Assembly: GCA_002269645.1 (NCBI GenBank)
Contig: NIVC01000671.1
Span: 124,001 to 188,000, forward strand
From: Macrostomum lignano
Taxonomy: Eukaryota
Reading direction: 5' to 3'
DNA: 64,000 bases
Positions 63,067 through 64,000 of this stretch are shown one piece after another. Below the pieces are notes generated by a model. It saw only the letters and a program-made list of their open reading frames with translations, searched no databases and was not told the origin of the DNA. Each line of letters starts with the position of its first letter. The stretch's first letter is position 1. The position numbers were made by a program, and so were the translations under genes.

Positions 63067-64000
63067 CTAAATCGATATATTCCTCATTTCCCTTTTTGAA
63101 TGACTCTTTTTAATGATTGGTGTATGTGACACATTCGCCTCTTTAATGTACATGTACATGTTAGAAGTAGCGATCTAGTAGGACACACGTATACTGTATA
63201 TAGATGCATGCATAAGATTTAAAGTAAGGATCACTGGTATAAGTACATAATAAAACCATTCATTTTTTTAACTACCTGATAGTCCAGTGGCCTGTCTCGT
63301 GTAAAGTCGTGCAGATCGGCATGCGGTCAATAAAATTTACAGCAGCGTATCTGATACACAGAGGGAATTATTTGAGTAGAGAACAGTGGATTAAACATTA
63401 GAAATCCCTCGGAAAACCGTACTGAGTGTTAATCACAAGATCCCTATACACATACCGTGTAGATGTACAAACATGTAGATGTACACACTTTCTTGTACAT
63501 CGTTGTACATGTACATATGATAAACATCATCAGGTATATGTAGGATGTAGCGCTACTGATACCGCAAATCCCATGTTAGAATAGTTCGTAGATACAACAA
63601 TACACATCCATGAGCAACTCCAACTTGGACTACCCAGCATGCAGAGCCCGATCATGATTCGCGCTTTCTACATATGTTAATGTTTCGACCCTACAGTATA
63701 CCTGATCTGTATTAATGTGAGATTAATCTACGCTTAAATTGCGCATTTTTTTACTTTTTAACACACTTTGGTTTATTGATCAAAAACCGTTCAATTACAC
63801 CATTTTACCCTCGATTTTAAACAAGGAGAACTTCGAAACTGACAAACTCCTCTTCAATATTGACACTCTATGGTCGGGCACTCAAAATCTACAATCAATA
63901 TTGACAGATCAAGCTTCAATTTTGACAAACTCTGGTTCAATTTTGACAATGCACGTTTAGTCAACTTCTCCTAGAAAATTCGGTAACAAAGTAATCCAAT

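Overview
This is eukaryotic, intron-containing animal DNA: GC-rich exons, AT-rich intergenic DNA, GT-AG introns. Introns are either about 70-115 bp or are inflated by an intron-specific tandem repeat. The style suggests a flatworm such as Macrostomum, but that is an inference only. Hand-built gene models: the 3' end of an unknown gene; a 17-exon spectrin-like + 6 I-set Ig gene (zormin/CCDC141-like, about 1768 aa); a convergent pair of Ly6/uPAR genes; a divergent atypical PKC; TMEM144; a PLPP6-like PAP2 phosphatase with a 1-bp lesion; an N-formylglutamate amidohydrolase-like gene; MCU; and a tentative small-exon gene near the right end. Mobile DNA: a young Ngaro/PAT-type tyrosine-recombinase (YR) retrotransposon with split direct repeats (43472-47884), a tRNA/CORE-type SINE, and three copies of a MITE. 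The top observation is that the retrotransposon's YR frame has no usable ATG. A consensus donor in gag (44018/44019) and a strong acceptor (46457/46458) are phase-matched and would give a spliced Gag(N)-YR fusion. A canonical A_AAA_AAC -1 slippery site at the gag stop is in frame with pol. Nearly all long ORFs in the supplied track are repeat artefacts. All calls are by eye; no searches were run.
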